59,875 nt of DNA, filler included, from Sandaracinaceae bacterium (GCA_947483975.1; 6 parts of 6 records of this genome joined end to end with filler, not necessarily neighbours in it); one strand, 5' to 3'; shown: positions 40,080 through 50,034, counted from the first letter of the whole stretch. The notes: generated by a model not told the origin, from the sequence alone. A program made the numbers and translations.

Positions 40080-40128
40080 ACTTCGCCGACTCGTTCATCA
40101 CGATGCGTCTCGCCTTCGCGCGCGCCAT
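40080..40128 (-). CDS. Possible start of a gene running off the contig
   Basis: ATG 40128 MARAKARRIVMNESAK..., GGGAG upstream; too short to confirm. Confidence 0.3.
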
Positions 40129-40442
40129 CGCACGGTGGCTCCCGCGCTGTCCCTTCTGCCACTCACACCACTTGCCACGACCTCACGCGGAGCCTCGTGG
40201 TGGGTGAACTCGTCGCAGTAGTGCTAGTGCTTCGCAGGGGCGCGCAGAGCCTCGCGAGCGCTGAACTGCAGTCGGGAGAGCCACTGACGAGCGCTACCGG
40301 AGCGCGAGCCGCCGCCCAATTATGGAGGTGATACGACTCGGTTTGTCACGAGCATCCCGCCCGACGGAAGCGCCGCGACGCTGTGGGCGTGCGTCCCGAC
40401 CGGCAGTTGCTTCGCGTCGAAAGCCTCGGCGCGGCGCGCATC

Positions 40443-41273
40443 TCAGAGGTCGGGGCAGTAGAGGAACGCCGCGTACGTCATGTGTCCTGGCATGACCGGC
40501 GCGTCCACCGTCAGCGTGTTGTCGAGCGGCGCGCTCGGCGGGTCGTTCGGTCGAACCCACAGGTGCATCTCTTGATCGGCGGGCGGGCGGCAGCGCGACT
40601 CGCCCGGCGGCGCGCTGATGCGAAGCCGCAGCGTAGCGACGGACGCCGGAATGCCCGTGACGAGCACCAGGCCCACCTCGGTCGTCGCGCGGCCGTCGGG
40701 GATGGTCGTCGTGCCGTCGCTCGCGACGTAGAGGACGGTGCCGGCGCTCGCCGCGACGGAGTACCCGGCGACGCCCCCGTCGAGCAAGCTCGCGCCCCCG
40801 GCGCGCTCCACGTAGATGAGCGCCGCCGTGTCGGCGCGGGTGATCCCGCCGGTCCGCGCGAGCAGCGAGTCGATGACCGCAGGGCGCGGCATCGCCACCA
40901 TCGCGGCGTTGAAGTCTGCGGCGCCGGTGTGGAGCGGCTTGAGCCAAGGCCACAGGGTGCCGTCGCTCACGTGCGCGAAGCGCAGCGCGATCTCGGCGTT
41001 GGCTGGCACCGTGATGGCGTAGGCCCCCGTGGCGGTCGTGGGGCCGCTGCAAGGACCGCCCGGCGCGGCGAGGCACGCCTCGAAATCCTGAGCGAACGAG
41101 AAGGCGAAGCCGGTGTCGAAGAGCCCGAGCGAGCCGCGCACCACGATGGTCGCGTCGGGCGGCGGGCCCGCGTCGCCCGCCCCGATCGGCTCGACTCCGG
41201 GCGAGCCGCAGCCGACCAGAATGCACAGCGCGAAGAGCGCGATCAACGTGCGATCATGTAGCGGGGGATACAT
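40443..41273 (-). CDS. Hypothetical lipoprotein (beta-sandwich-like)
   Basis: LIALFALCILVGC lipobox; TTATGAYAITVP; two likely Cys pairs. Confidence 0.72.
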   Translation of the reverse strand: MYPPLHDRTLIALFALCILVGCGSPGVEPIGAGDAGPPPDATIVVRGSLGLFDTGFAFSFAQDFEACLAAPGGPCSGPTTATGAYAITVPANAEIALRFAHVSDGTLWPWLKPLHTGAADFNAAMVAMPRPAVIDSLLARTGGITRADTAALIYVERAGGASLLDGGVAGYSVAASAGTVLYVASDGTTTIPDGRATTEVGLVLVTGIPASVATLRLRISAPPGESRCRPPADQEMHLWVRPNDPPSAPLDNTLTVDAPVMPGHMTYAAFLYCPDL

Positions 41274-41312
41274 CGGCGGCTGGGGGAGAGCGTACACGGC
41301 CGGCCCACCCCA

Positions 41313-43055
41313 TCAAGGGCCAAACGGCCTCCCGCAGCCGCGCGTACGCTCCGGCGCGCATGACGACGTGCCCGCGGTCTCGAGGTCTGCCTCGTTGTCG
41401 GAGAGCACGGCCTGCGTCCAGAGCACCTCCGGTTCCGGGCCACAAAGCGCGCGCTGATTCCCTTCGAGGAAGAGGTCGGTGCCGCGGAGTCGGCCCTCGA
41501 CGGACCACGACGCGGCGCAGCCGTTCGTGCGGATGATGTGCGCCCGCTCGAGCACTGAGACCGCGGTCGCGCCCACGAGCAAGCCGGTCCCGCCTGAGGC
41601 GCCCCCGGTGTCCAGGATCGTGAGGTCGTGCGCGATCACGCCGCACGCCGCCCCGCTGACGGCTCCCATGCGGAGCGCGTCTTCGGGCGCGTTGGCGATC
41701 CACACGCGGTCGAGCAGCGCCTTGCCGCTCTCGAGGCAGAGCGCCGCGGCGCGCTCGGTCCCACCGCCGGGTTCGACGGCCGCCCGGTACACGAAGGTCG
41801 TGTCGGTCAGGGTGACGGCGGCCGCGAGCACCGTGGTCCCCACGCGCACCAGCAAGCCGCAGCCAGCGGCGTCGAGCCACGCGCTGCGCGCCACGGTCAG
41901 CGTCGCGTCGTCGCGGGCGACGACCCCAGAGGCGGACGCCAGCGCGACTCGATCGATCGCGAGATGACCCTCGCCGCTGACGTCGATGGACGAGCGCTCG
42001 CGGAAGGCGCTCTCGAAGATCTCCGCGCGCGCGCCGGCGAGAGACAGCGCGACGTGATCGCCGAAGACGCGCCGCGCGACGAAAGTGGCCGCGGGGCCGA
42101 GCACTTCGATGGCGCCCGCCACCTCCACGTCCTCGAGGTAGAGCGCGCCGTTGTCCACGCTCGCGACCAACTCGGCGCGGAGGTGCGCGTCGAACGCGCG
42201 CACGAACGCGCCGGGCCCGAGCGTGAGCGCTGCGCTCGCGCCCGTCGCGTCGAGCTCGAGGCCAGCGGTGTCGACGAACGAGTCGGTGCCGACCGTCACC
42301 AGCGGGGCGGCGCCGCTCACCCGAAGGCGCGAGCCGTAGAGCGTCGCCGCGTCGAGCGCGACTGCGGGGCCTGCGCTCGGCTCGAGGATCAGATCGCTCA
42401 GCGTGAGCGCGCCGGAGGCCGCGCGGATCATGGGCTCACCGCCGTCGTCGGGCGTCGTCCAGTGCACCGCGGGGTCCACGCCCGCGCACGCGCCGTGGAT
42501 CGCCACGTCGCCGTCGACCTGCACGCGCTCGGCGTAGCGCCCCGCCTGCACGATGACGAGGCCCTCGCCGGACGCGAGCGCCGCGCTCACGGCGGCCCCG
42601 ATCGACCGGAACGGGCGCGCGAGAGAGCCGTCGCCTCCAGCCGCGGCGGTCGCGTCGACGTACTTCGCTCGACCGAGCTCGTCGCCGAACGTGACGCAGG
42701 CGTCCGTCGTTCGCGTGCACCACGAAGCCACCCAGGGATGTGCGGGAGCCCCCATCGGGGGCGCTTGCAGCAGGACCTCGGCGCTCCAGAGGCTCGGGCA
42801 GATGATGTCGGGGCCGTCCGCGGGAGGCGCCGGAACGACGCCGCAATACCCCGCGCAGCGCGGCTCGTCGCAGTCCGCCAACCCATTGAAGTCGTCGTCC
42901 TGGCCGTTCAGGCAGAGGGCCGCGCCGACCTCCGGCTTCGCCTCGGGATAGCCATCGACCCACGTGCACGCAGCCGTGAAGGCGAGCGCGGTGAGCGCCG
43001 CGCTGCCCCACGCGCCCGCGGCACGATGGGTCAGCGCGTGAAGCACCTCATGCAC
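41313..43055 (-). CDS. Lipoprotein with Cys motif and probable right-handed beta-helix (DUF1565-like)
   Basis: FTAAC; CLNGQDDDFNGLADCDEPRC; YVD...GDGSLARPFRSIGAAV...AGRYAE; start GTG 43055 or 43046. Confidence 0.78.
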   Translation of the reverse strand: MHEVLHALTHRAAGAWGSAALTALAFTAACTWVDGYPEAKPEVGAALCLNGQDDDFNGLADCDEPRCAGYCGVVPAPPADGPDIICPSLWSAEVLLQAPPMGAPAHPWVASWCTRTTDACVTFGDELGRAKYVDATAAAGGDGSLARPFRSIGAAVSAALASGEGLVIVQAGRYAERVQVDGDVAIHGACAGVDPAVHWTTPDDGGEPMIRAASGALTLSDLILEPSAGPAVALDAATLYGSRLRVSGAAPLVTVGTDSFVDTAGLELDATGASAALTLGPGAFVRAFDAHLRAELVASVDNGALYLEDVEVAGAIEVLGPAATFVARRVFGDHVALSLAGARAEIFESAFRERSSIDVSGEGHLAIDRVALASASGVVARDDATLTVARSAWLDAAGCGLLVRVGTTVLAAAVTLTDTTFVYRAAVEPGGGTERAAALCLESGKALLDRVWIANAPEDALRMGAVSGAACGVIAHDLTILDTGGASGGTGLLVGATAVSVLERAHIIRTNGCAASWSVEGRLRGTDLFLEGNQRALCGPEPEVLWTQAVLSDNEADLETAGTSSCAPERTRGCGRPFGP

Positions 43056-43347
43056 GAGGGCACCGTGCCGAACGGCACGCGCGAAGTCAAAGGTGGCGGC
43101 GCCGCATCGCCGTCGGCTTCCTGCGGCTCGCAGCCGCCTGCCGCGTCGCTACGCCGCGCCCGTGAGCTGCGCCGAGCGCCGCGCGTTCTCAGGCTCCGCT
43201 CGAGCGCGAGCGCACCGGGGGACCGCCGACGTCGCCGACGATCACGCACGCCGAGGGCCTCGCGACGCGACCCAGCGGAACGTTCGACCCACACGGTCCG
43301 CAGATCGGCTAGCCTGCGCCCCACTTCCGCCCCCTCAGGAGACAGTC

Positions 43348-44358
43348 ATGTCGGACACGCTCAACACGGTCTTGCTCCTCGCCCTGCCGGCCTCCGGAAA
43401 ATCCGAGGTCCGCCGCTACCTGGCCAGCCTCACGCCGCAGCAGTGTCACGACGACCTGTGCATGGGCCCGACCCTGCAGCTCGATGACTATCCCTACGTG
43501 CACTTCATGCACCGCATCGACGACGAGCTCGTCGCGCGCCGATGGCCCGCCATCTTCTACAAGGGGCCCGAGCGCCCGTTCCAAGACGGATTTACTTGGG
43601 GCGCGCTGATCGAGCTGCTCAATCAGGACTACGACGACCTCCTGCAGAGCCGCGTCGTGAGCGTGCCGTCCGCCGCGCAGTACCTCTTCGACCGGCTCGA
43701 CGAGGTGCGCGCGAAGGTCGGTCAGACGCGCGCCCTCGAGCAGATCCCGTACGGCATCCGCCGTGACGTCGCGGCGGCGCTCGAGGCCGAGGTCGCGGAG
43801 TTCCTGCGCGAGAAGAACGCGACGGCGCTCGAGGACAAGACCGGCAAGACGATCGTGATCGAGGCGGCGCGCGGCGGGGTCAACGGCGCGGCGTTCCCGC
43901 TCACGCCGCCGAGCGGCTACCAGTATTCGCTGACGCAGTTCTCGGACGCCGTCCTCGCGCACGCGAGCATCCTCTACGTCTGGGTCACGCCCGCGCAGAG
44001 CCGCCACAAGAATTGGGAGCGCGCGCGGCCCGACGGCCAGAGCTCGATCTTGAACCACGGCGTCCCGCTCGAGGTGATGCTCGGCGAGTACGGCTGCGAC
44101 GACATGGAGTGGCTCCTCACGCAGTCCGAGAAGCCGTCGACCGTGCGCATCGAGAAGGTCGTCGAGAAGCTGAGCGCCGAAGGGCAGCGCCTCTACGACC
44201 TGCGCACCTATCACCTGCCCGTCGCGCGCTTCGACAACCGCGAGGACCTCACGACCTTCGTGCGCAAAGACCAGAAGGACTGGGGCGCGGACGAGGTCGC
44301 CAAGGTCCACGCGGGCCTGAGCGGCGCGCTCAAGAGCCTGAAGGCGCTCGGCGGCTGA
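43348..44358 (+). CDS. Uncharacterised P-loop protein, NMP-kinase-like topology
   Basis: AGGAG-ATG; VLLLALPASGKSE, TIVIE, SILYVWV...SRHKNWER; strongly host-adapted codons. Confidence 0.8.
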   Translation: MSDTLNTVLLLALPASGKSEVRRYLASLTPQQCHDDLCMGPTLQLDDYPYVHFMHRIDDELVARRWPAIFYKGPERPFQDGFTWGALIELLNQDYDDLLQSRVVSVPSAAQYLFDRLDEVRAKVGQTRALEQIPYGIRRDVAAALEAEVAEFLREKNATALEDKTGKTIVIEAARGGVNGAAFPLTPPSGYQYSLTQFSDAVLAHASILYVWVTPAQSRHKNWERARPDGQSSILNHGVPLEVMLGEYGCDDMEWLLTQSEKPSTVRIEKVVEKLSAEGQRLYDLRTYHLPVARFDNREDLTTFVRKDQKDWGADEVAKVHAGLSGALKSLKALGG

Positions 44359-44449
44359 GCGGGGCGCGGACGGGGGCAGGGGAGCGGCGTAGGTGCCCGA
44401 GCGCAGGCTCGAGCCCTCCGCTGCTCAGGCTCTCGCAGCGCAGTACCGC

Positions 44450-46024
44450 TCAGCCCCGCGCCGCCCGCCGCGCGGCTCGCACGCGCCACGCCCACGCGAG
44501 CAGGAGCGCGCAGCACGCGGGCGTCGTCAGATCCCCGAAGCGCGTGTAAGGCGTCGCGCCGCGGAGCTTGCGCACGTCGGCGATGAACGACGTCTGCGTG
44601 AAGGTCTGCGTCGTGCGCAGCTCCTCGCCCGTCGCCGAGATGTGCGCGCTCTCGCCGGTGTTGACCGATCGGACAAGGTCGCGGCGCGTCTCGATCGAGC
44701 GCACGCGCGCGACGCGGTTGTGCAAGAGCGGCTCGGCGGTGTCGCCGAACCACGCGTCGTTCGTCAGGTTGACGAGGAAGTCCGGCGCAGGGTCGAACGC
44801 CGCGAGGCGCCGCGCGTACGACGGCAGCACGTCCTCGTAGCAGTTGAGCACCGCGATCCGATGCCCATCGACGGCGAGGATCCGCGGCGCGACGCCCGGC
44901 GTCAGCCCGCGCGGGAACTGCGCCTGCAACGCGCGCGGCATGAAGTCCCAGAACGGCGTGTACTCGCCGAACGCGAGCAGCACGACCTTGTCGGCGATGC
45001 CTGAGACGCGCCCATCCGCCTCGACACCGACGGCCGAGTTGTACTCGCCGTCCTGCTTGCTGCCGCTGTCGTCCAGCGTGATCGCGCCGACGAGCAGCGG
45101 CCCGGTCACGGTGGGCCCGCGCGCGTTCTGAAAGCCGTGCGGCTCGCCCACGCGATGACGCGGCATATAGCCGGGCAGCGCGGTCTCCGGCCACAGCACG
45201 AGCTGCGCGCCGTCCGCCTCGAGGTCGTGCGTCATGCGGCGCAAGAGCACGATCTGCGAGTGCCGCGTGCTCGGGTCGAACTTCTCGGCGATGCCGATGT
45301 TCGGCTGCACGACGCCGACGCGCACCGACGGCGCCGCGCGACGCTCTGCGCGCACCTGCCCGAGGCGCACGTGCCCGTACGCGAAGGGCACGACGAGCGC
45401 GAGCAGCCCGACGACGAGCGGCGTGCGCGCCTGCCGCCAGGTGCGCGCGCGCGCCGCGGCGAGGAGCCCGCCGCCCGCGAGCATCAGCGTGAGATCGACG
45501 AGCGCGATGCCGCCAAGCTCCGCGTGCTGCGCGTAGGCGATCAGCGGCAGCGTCGCGGCGCCGACGTTCCACGGAAACAGCGCAGGCACCAGCACGGTGC
45601 ACGCCGCGAGCGCGAACGGCAGCGCGAGCCAGGCGGGCGGCGAGGCGTGCGCCGCGGCGTCCGTCGAGCGCGCCGAGAGCGTCGAGGTGACGGCGCCCGC
45701 CGCGAAGAACGGCAGCGACTGCGCAGCCCAGAGCAGCACGCCGATCGGCAGCGCGGCGACGAGCGGCATGTACGCGTATTGCTCGAGCAGCCCCACGACC
45801 CAGCCGATGACGAGCACGTTGCAGGTGAAGCCCGCGAACATCGCGAGGAACGCCGCGCGCAGCGCCGTGCGCCCCTCTTCGACCGCCGCGAGCAAGAACG
45901 GCCCCGCGCAAAACGCGAGCACGCCGAGCTCGTAGGGTGGCCCAGAGAGCGCGTAGAGCGTGCCCGCGATCGCGGCGAAGGCCCACGGTCGCAGCGTCGC
46001 GACGAGTGCGAAGAATCGGCTCAA
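44450..46024 (-). CDS. lnt: Apolipoprotein N-acyltransferase
   Basis: TM N-terminus; QPNI, WPET, K..LLAFGEY, NCYED, TNDAWFG, NTG (E-K-C triad). Confidence 0.93.
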   Translation of the reverse strand: MSRFFALVATLRPWAFAAIAGTLYALSGPPYELGVLAFCAGPFLLAAVEEGRTALRAAFLAMFAGFTCNVLVIGWVVGLLEQYAYMPLVAALPIGVLLWAAQSLPFFAAGAVTSTLSARSTDAAAHASPPAWLALPFALAACTVLVPALFPWNVGAATLPLIAYAQHAELGGIALVDLTLMLAGGGLLAAARARTWRQARTPLVVGLLALVVPFAYGHVRLGQVRAERRAAPSVRVGVVQPNIGIAEKFDPSTRHSQIVLLRRMTHDLEADGAQLVLWPETALPGYMPRHRVGEPHGFQNARGPTVTGPLLVGAITLDDSGSKQDGEYNSAVGVEADGRVSGIADKVVLLAFGEYTPFWDFMPRALQAQFPRGLTPGVAPRILAVDGHRIAVLNCYEDVLPSYARRLAAFDPAPDFLVNLTNDAWFGDTAEPLLHNRVARVRSIETRRDLVRSVNTGESAHISATGEELRTTQTFTQTSFIADVRKLRGATPYTRFGDLTTPACCALLLAWAWRVRAARRAARG

Positions 46025-46034
46025 GCGGGGCGGC

Positions 46035-46994
46035 TCACGCGCGGAGCAAGAGCGCGCCGGGGCGCACTTCGAACGTCGCCGGCAGTCGACCCGGCGCCTC
46101 GCCGTCGATGTCGAGCAGCACGTGGCGCCCGTCGCGGTCGAGCGGCTCAGCGAAGACCTTCCGCGCGCGCGCGCAGGTGACGCCCGGCGTGTCGAGGTGC
46201 GTGCCCGTGTAGATCTTGCTCGAGAGGGCGACCGTCTCGAGCGTCGACATGTACTCCATGCCGACGACGTCGAAGTAGCCGTCGTCGATCACCGCGCGCG
46301 GCGCGACCTCCATGCCGCCGCCGAAGAAGCGCCCGTTCGCGATGGCGAGGTTGACGATCTGCGTGACGCGCGAGGGCCCGTCGTCGAGCACGAGGCGCAC
46401 GCGGCGGTTCTGGTAGTGCCGCATCCCGCGCAGGCTGCCGAGGAAGAACGACGCGCGCCCGCCGAGCCACTTCGGCGTGCTGTTGACGATGCGGTCGACG
46501 ACGCCGCTCATGCCGAAGCTGGCGATGTTCAAGAACGCGCGCTGCTTCGTCGCGCCGTCATCCCCGACGAACGACATCCACCCGCAGTCGATCGCGCGGG
46601 GGCGCCCTTGGAGGAGCGCGTCGACCATGCCCGGGATGTGCTCTCGGAGCCGCGCCGTGCGCCGAAAATCTCCGCCCGTACCCGCGGGCAGCGGCGCGAA
46701 CCACGCGCCCTCGCCGAGGCGCGCGCCCTCGGGCGTGAAGAAGCCGTTGACCGCCTCGTTGAAGGTGCCGTCGCCGCCCATCACGGCGATGCCGCCGACG
46801 CCGCGCCCGAGCGCGTCGCGCACGAGCTCCGTCGCGTGCCCCGCGCGCCGCGTGTGCGCCGTCTCGAAGTCCGCCCCGCGCTCGCGCAGCGCACGCTCGA
46901 GCTCCCCGACGCGCACGCTCGCGCGCCCGGCTCCAGCCTCGGGATTGACGACGAGTAGAAAGCGGGCGCTGTTCACGGCCCGCGATGTTGCCAC
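46035..46994 (-). CDS. Diacylglycerol-kinase-family lipid kinase (YegS/DagK-like)
   Basis: NPEAG, GGDGT, PAGTGGDF, NGRFFGGG, IDGE. Confidence 0.92.
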   Translation of the reverse strand: MATSRAVNSARFLLVVNPEAGAGRASVRVGELERALRERGADFETAHTRRAGHATELVRDALGRGVGGIAVMGGDGTFNEAVNGFFTPEGARLGEGAWFAPLPAGTGGDFRRTARLREHIPGMVDALLQGRPRAIDCGWMSFVGDDGATKQRAFLNIASFGMSGVVDRIVNSTPKWLGGRASFFLGSLRGMRHYQNRRVRLVLDDGPSRVTQIVNLAIANGRFFGGGMEVAPRAVIDDGYFDVVGMEYMSTLETVALSSKIYTGTHLDTPGVTCARARKVFAEPLDRDGRHVLLDIDGEAPGRLPATFEVRPGALLLRA

Positions 46995-47160
46995 AGGACG
47001 AGGGCCCGCGGATCGACGGAAGCGGGCCGGGCGTTGCCGCCGTCGGGCGCACGCGCGCGCGCTGTTCGGTGGGCGCGGTCTACGAGCCAGGAAGTCGCAC
47101 GAAAAGTCGGGCCTCCGTTGACTCCGCGCGGCTGGCCGAGCACCGTGGGTCGGGGGCGAA

Positions 47161-48075
47161 ATGCCGGATCTCGTCGAGCGCGCGCCAGGGAAAATACCGC
47201 CTCGACTCGCGTGCCTCGCCCTCGTCGTCGTGGCGCTCTGCGGCTGCTACCGCTCGCACACGCGGGTCGCCGTCGACGCCGCCGTCAGCGACGGCCCGCG
47301 CTCGCTCGACGCTTCGCCCGACGCGCGCCTCGAGGACGCGGGCGTGCCGCCCGACGCGCCCTTCGACGACGCGGGGCGCCCCGAGTGCGAGGCGCCGACG
47401 ACCGCGCCGACCTGCGCAGGCGTCGCCGCGATCCGTCCGGCGCTCTACTACCCGCTCGACGGGGACGTCGAGAACCGCGGCGACACGCCGGGCTACGCGG
47501 GCGCGCTGAGCGGCGCGCGCAGCGTCGTCCGAGGCGCCTTCGGGAGCGCGCTTTCTTTTGCCCCCGGCGAATCGGCGGCGTTCCCCGGCACGCGCGACGT
47601 CCTCGGGGCCGCGCGAACGCTCGTCTTCTCGTTCTGGACGCGCTCGGACGGCCTCGGGCGCGCGGCGCTCAGCTGCCGCAGCTGGACCGAGGGCTTCGAG
47701 ACGTACCGCACGAGCGCGGGCTGGACGACGTGCGCCGGGGACGGCTACGGGCCGCCGCGCGCCTGGGGCGCGTGCAGCACCGTCGACGAGTGCGCCGAGG
47801 GCGAGTGGACGCACTTCGTCCTGCGCTGGCGCGGCGTCGGCACCGAAGCCGAGGTCACGTCGGACGGCGTCGAGTGGCGCGCGCTCACCGCCTCGATGGG
47901 CTACCCGATCGCGCACTACGATCTCTTCGCCTACGCCGACGACCTCGCCATGGGCCTCGCCGTGGGCGACGGCGCGCTCGCGAGCGGCACGCTCGAGGTG
48001 GACGACGTCCGCGTGTACGACGCGCTCGACCCCGACGGGGACGTGTGGGCGGTCACCTCGTGTCCGGTCCCGTAG
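47161..48075 (+). CDS. Lipoprotein with LamG/ConA-like domain
   Basis: LCGC lipobox; YYPLDG, ALSF, FSFW, GEWTHFV, VDDVRVYDAL. Confidence 0.75.
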   Translation: MPDLVERAPGKIPPRLACLALVVVALCGCYRSHTRVAVDAAVSDGPRSLDASPDARLEDAGVPPDAPFDDAGRPECEAPTTAPTCAGVAAIRPALYYPLDGDVENRGDTPGYAGALSGARSVVRGAFGSALSFAPGESAAFPGTRDVLGAARTLVFSFWTRSDGLGRAALSCRSWTEGFETYRTSAGWTTCAGDGYGPPRAWGACSTVDECAEGEWTHFVLRWRGVGTEAEVTSDGVEWRALTASMGYPIAHYDLFAYADDLAMGLAVGDGALASGTLEVDDVRVYDALDPDGDVWAVTSCPVP

Positions 48076-48192
48076 CGGGCAGGGCTCGCCGGGTCGGCAG
48101 CGCGTTCGGTCGTCCCAGGAGCGCCCGCCCGCGCCGCCGCGGCCTCGCATCTACTTGACCCGGCCCCCGCGGACGCCGAACATCGCGGCCGC

Positions 48193-48903
48193 ATGGAGTC
48201 GCGCCGTGAGGTCCCGTCTGCGCAGCGCGCACCGCTCGTCGACCGCGTGTCGGCCGCGCTCGGCGCGTTCCCGCTCGGCGTCTACCTCGTGCTGCACGTC
48301 GTCGAGACCTGGCCCGCGCTCTCCGGGCGGATGGCGTTCAACGCCCGCCTGCACACGACGACCGCGCCCGCTTGGCTCGCGCTGAAGGCCGCGCTCGTGC
48401 TGCTGCCGCTCGTCGTGCACGGCGCGCTCGGCGTGCGGCGCGCGCTCCTCAGCCGACGCGAGGCTCCGGTCGAGGGCGCGCTCGTCGTCTACGCTTCGCG
48501 CGGCCTGCGCACGCTGCAAGCGGTGACCGGCGCGCTCACCGCCGTCTACCTCGCCGTGCACCTCGCGGAGCTGACCGTGCCGTTCTGGCGCGGCGGCGCG
48601 CTCGAGCAGATGTACGAGACGCTCTCCGTGCGCGCGGGCACGCCGCTCTCCATCACGCTCGTCTCCGTCGGGCTCGCGGCGGTGTGCTTTCACGTAGGGC
48701 AGGGCGTGCCGGCGGCGCTCGTCACGCTCGGGCTCGTGCGGCGCGAGGGGCAGCTGCTCGTCGCCCGCGTGGTCGTCGGGCTCCTCGCGCTCGCCGTCTG
48801 GATGGCGCTGCTCAACGTCGCGAGTCACTTCGCCGTCGGGCGCGCGCTCTTCGGCGAGGAGACGCCCGCGCAGCCGATGGGCGATCAGGATCCACAGGAC
48901 TGA
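48193..48903 (+). CDS. Succinate dehydrogenase cytochrome b558 (SdhC)-like 5-TM protein
   Basis: PLGVYLVLH, LPLVVHG, LQAVTG...AVH, CFHVGQG: four His in Bacillus-type SdhC positions. Confidence 0.72.
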   Translation: MESRREVPSAQRAPLVDRVSAALGAFPLGVYLVLHVVETWPALSGRMAFNARLHTTTAPAWLALKAALVLLPLVVHGALGVRRALLSRREAPVEGALVVYASRGLRTLQAVTGALTAVYLAVHLAELTVPFWRGGALEQMYETLSVRAGTPLSITLVSVGLAAVCFHVGQGVPAALVTLGLVRREGQLLVARVVVGLLALAVWMALLNVASHFAVGRALFGEETPAQPMGDQDPQD

Positions 48904-48905
48904 CG

Positions 48906-49817
48906 ATGTTTCGCACCTACGCCATCGCCCTCAACACCTTCCGTGAAGCCGTCCGAGACCGCGTGCTCTACGCCGTTCTCGGCTTCGCGGTGCTGGTGCT
49001 GCTCTTCGCGCTCGCGCTCGCGGAGCTCTCCCTCGGCGAGGAAGAGCGCGTCGTCGCGGACCTCGGCTACGCCAGCATTTCGCTGTTTTCGGTCATCATC
49101 GCGATCTTCCTCGGCTCCTCGCTTCTCTACAAAGAGATCGAGCGCAAGACCCTCTACGTGATCCTGCCGAAGCCCATCGCGCGGGGAGAATTCCTCGTCG
49201 GCAAGTACGCGGGCATCGTGCTGACGGCGGTCGTCTTCATCGGGCTGATGGGCGCCGTGCAGCTCTGGGTGATGGCGGTGCAGCACGCGGACGCGACGGT
49301 CGCGCTGCTCGCTGCGCCGGTCGTGCTGCTCGGCGCGATCGGGCTCGCCATCTGGCGCGCGAAGGACCGCACGGCGGTGCTGCTGCCAATCGCGCTCGTC
49401 GCGCTCGCCGCGTCGGCGGGCCTCGCCGCGAGCGTCGGCGTGCCCCTGACGACCCCGCTCGCGCGGTTCGCGCTCGTGTTCGGCGAGGTGCTCGTCGTCG
49501 CCGGCGTCGCGATGTTCTTCTCGTCGTTCTCGACGCCGTTCCTCACGGGCGCGCTCACCTTCGGCGTGTGGCTCGTCGGGCGCTCCGCGGACGACCTCGC
49601 GACGATCAAGGGGCACAACGTGCCGATTCAGCTCCGCATGGCGATGCACGGGCTCTCGCGCGTCGTGCCGAACCTCAACCTCTTCGTGCCGTCACGACGC
49701 GTGCTCGCGAGCGGCGCGCTCGGCTACCTCGGCAGCTCGCTCGGCTACGCGGTGCTCTACGCCACGCTGCTCGTCACGCTCGGCGTGCTCGTGTTCCGCA
49801 AGCGGGACCTCACTTGA
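48906..49817 (+). CDS. ABC-2-type transporter permease (PilI-like)
   Basis: IALNTFREAVRDRVLY, EIERKTLYVILPKPIARGEFLVGKY, VFRKRDL. Confidence 0.85.
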   Translation: MFRTYAIALNTFREAVRDRVLYAVLGFAVLVLLFALALAELSLGEEERVVADLGYASISLFSVIIAIFLGSSLLYKEIERKTLYVILPKPIARGEFLVGKYAGIVLTAVVFIGLMGAVQLWVMAVQHADATVALLAAPVVLLGAIGLAIWRAKDRTAVLLPIALVALAASAGLAASVGVPLTTPLARFALVFGEVLVVAGVAMFFSSFSTPFLTGALTFGVWLVGRSADDLATIKGHNVPIQLRMAMHGLSRVVPNLNLFVPSRRVLASGALGYLGSSLGYAVLYATLLVTLGVLVFRKRDLT

Positions 49818-49934
49818 AGGGGCTCTCGCGGCCGCGCCTCAGCGGCCCGACCGCGCAGCTCGTCGGTCGCGCGTCGCTGCTCGCCGCCGCGGTGCTCGCG
49901 GTGCTCGCGGTGCGCGTCGTCGTCGGCTCGCACG
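49814..49934 (+). CDS. Start of a membrane-anchored protein, truncated
   Basis: TTGA overlap with the permease stop; hydrophobic stretch LLAAAVLAVLAV. Confidence 0.5.
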
Positions 49935-50034
49935 NNNNNNNNNNNNNNNNNNNNNNNNNNNNNNNNNNNNNNNNNNNNTTAATTAATTAANNNNNNNNNN
50001 NNNNNNNNNNNNNNNNNNNNNNNNNNNNNNNNNN
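49935..50034. other. Artificial contig spacer
   Basis: N44-TTAATTAATTAA-N44. Confidence 0.98.

Noticed and set aside
40270..40300. GCCACTG suggesting a cobalamin riboswitch; retron msr-msd or attC also considered
   Set aside because: Other B12-box elements are absent, no reverse transcriptase or integrase is visible, and the ends do not fit RYYYAAC/GTTRRRY
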